A stretch of 63,132 bases of DNA, counting the filler, from Atractiella rhizophila (taxonomy: Eukaryota): assembly GCA_021432655.1 (NCBI GenBank). It is 4 parts of 4 records of this genome, joined end to end, with 100 filler letters (N's around TTAATTAATTAA, not from the genome) between each part and the next. Parts side by side here need not be neighbours in the genome. Positions count along the whole stretch, not along the records: positions 54,489 to 63,132 come from MU271876.1; 3 more parts are not named here. One strand, 5' to 3'. The translations under genes and the position numbers were made by a program. Positions 62,259 to 63,132 of this stretch are shown here, one piece after another; position 1 is the first letter of the stretch, and every line of letters begins with the position of its first letter. Under the pieces are notes generated by a model that worked only from the letters and a program-made list of their open reading frames with translations, did not search any database and was not told the DNA's origin.

Positions 62259-62420
62259 TGTCCAGGGGTCAATATGCCAGCGGAGGGGAGGATGGTGTAG
62301 TGGGCTAAGCACCAGTCCTGGCCAGCCCAAGCGACGGTTTCTATGTGGCTGAGGGTTCGAATCCCACCCTCCCCACCCTGCTTGACCCACTAAGCAACCG
62401 CCCTGGCTTGACCTTGGACA
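62259..62420 (+). mobile_element. tRNA-derived element (SINE head or tRNA-bearing LTR) with inverted termini
   Basis: TGTCCAGGGGTCAA...TTGACCTTGGACA enclosing an A box TGGTGTAGTGG, a B box GGTTCGAATCC and a 7-bp GGGGAGG/CCTCCCC stem. Confidence 0.6.
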
Positions 62421-63056
62421 CTGACACTGACGTCAGTAGCTGAGGGAGAAAACCCCTCCGGACACTGTCGGTACCACTGTGGACGCACAGTACAGGGGCG
62501 TGGTGCTGTGATGGTGCCAAGCCTCCCCTTGTTTCTCGGTGAACGCGTTTCCAATGTGCATGAGATCCGCAGCCTTCACACAAGGAGATAGGATACCATT
62601 TAGCCGAAGCTTAGAGGCATGGCGATCACATGTGAGGTTTTAGTGGGTATTGTTCATAGAATGGAGCCCCACACTGTTCCTTTGCCGATCACGGCGGGTT
62701 CGTGCGTAAAAAGCATTTCCTCACCATTAAAAAAAAATATATATATTTACCAGCGGACCTCCTTACCAAGGCGCTTCCGGTCGCCAGTGTGGACAAGTTT
62801 TGAGTTATGATGGGTTTGCGCCCCTACCCAAGTGTCTGAGGCAGTTATGGGGCGCAATAAAACTCTGTCCTCCTTCTGGGGGTTATAAGACCCCGCTTCA
62901 AGCGGTACGAGGATCTCTCTACTGGTTTTAGACAGTCAACTAATATGTTTTCTTTGTGTGATGTCGCTTTATGCTGCCTTCATTCGGTGGAAGCTTCATT
63001 GGATGGTTATTCTGGATGGTTCTTGGATTTGGCGGGAGCTTCAAGAGGCCGCTGCC

Positions 63057-63132
63057 CAGGTGGGAGTGTTGGATTAGGTGTTATATTTCTGTTGTGTTTG
63101 TGTGGTCAGCCACCTCAGTTTTGTTTGCTTCA
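63057..63132 (+). mobile_element. PPT plus start of a 3' LTR of family A (partial)
   Basis: Purine-rich AGGTGGGAG immediately before TGTTGGATTAGG at 63067. Confidence 0.85.

Noticed and set aside
62286..62376. Functional tRNA or tRNA-Sec
   Set aside because: No well-formed anticodon arm, no UCA anticodon, a T-stem mismatch and no Pol III terminator.

Overview
Intron-rich fungal genomic DNA, most likely a basidiomycete (inferred from ~50-60 nt GT-AG introns with CTRAC branch points and from protein similarity). One N-gap and three artificial N-TTAATTAATTAA-N contig linkers split the window, so gene order across them is unreliable. Bases 1-54 kb are gene-dense: SPF27/BCAS2, a GCN4/CPC1-type bZIP gene with uORFs, PTC7-like PP2C, a GH114 hydrolase, two SDRs, RidA, glutamate decarboxylase, ECO1, an erythromycin-esterase-family protein, a REC8-like kleisin, homocysteine S-methyltransferase, isocitrate lyase (PTS1 SKL), tRNA-Pro(CGG), an AMPK/Snf1 beta subunit and a head-to-head pair of paralogous Zn2Cys6 regulators. 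Bases 54.5-63.1 kb are a CpG-depleted nest of scrambled Ty1/Copia fragments, two LTR families, a Crypton-like tyrosine recombinase and a tRNA-derived element. Best leads: (i) three unusually long, structured introns (GAD, ICL, REC8); the GAD intron has alternative pairings that could mask its own 3' splice site; (ii) a GCN4 leader in which two uORFs and the main ORF all start M-A-F; (iii) an LTR carrying a perfect double Gcn4 site; (iv) a TG..CA-bounded element built around a tRNA-like Pol III promoter; (v) the divergent paralogous TF pair; (vi) a reading-frame break in ECO1. All structures and splice models were read by eye and no searches were run.
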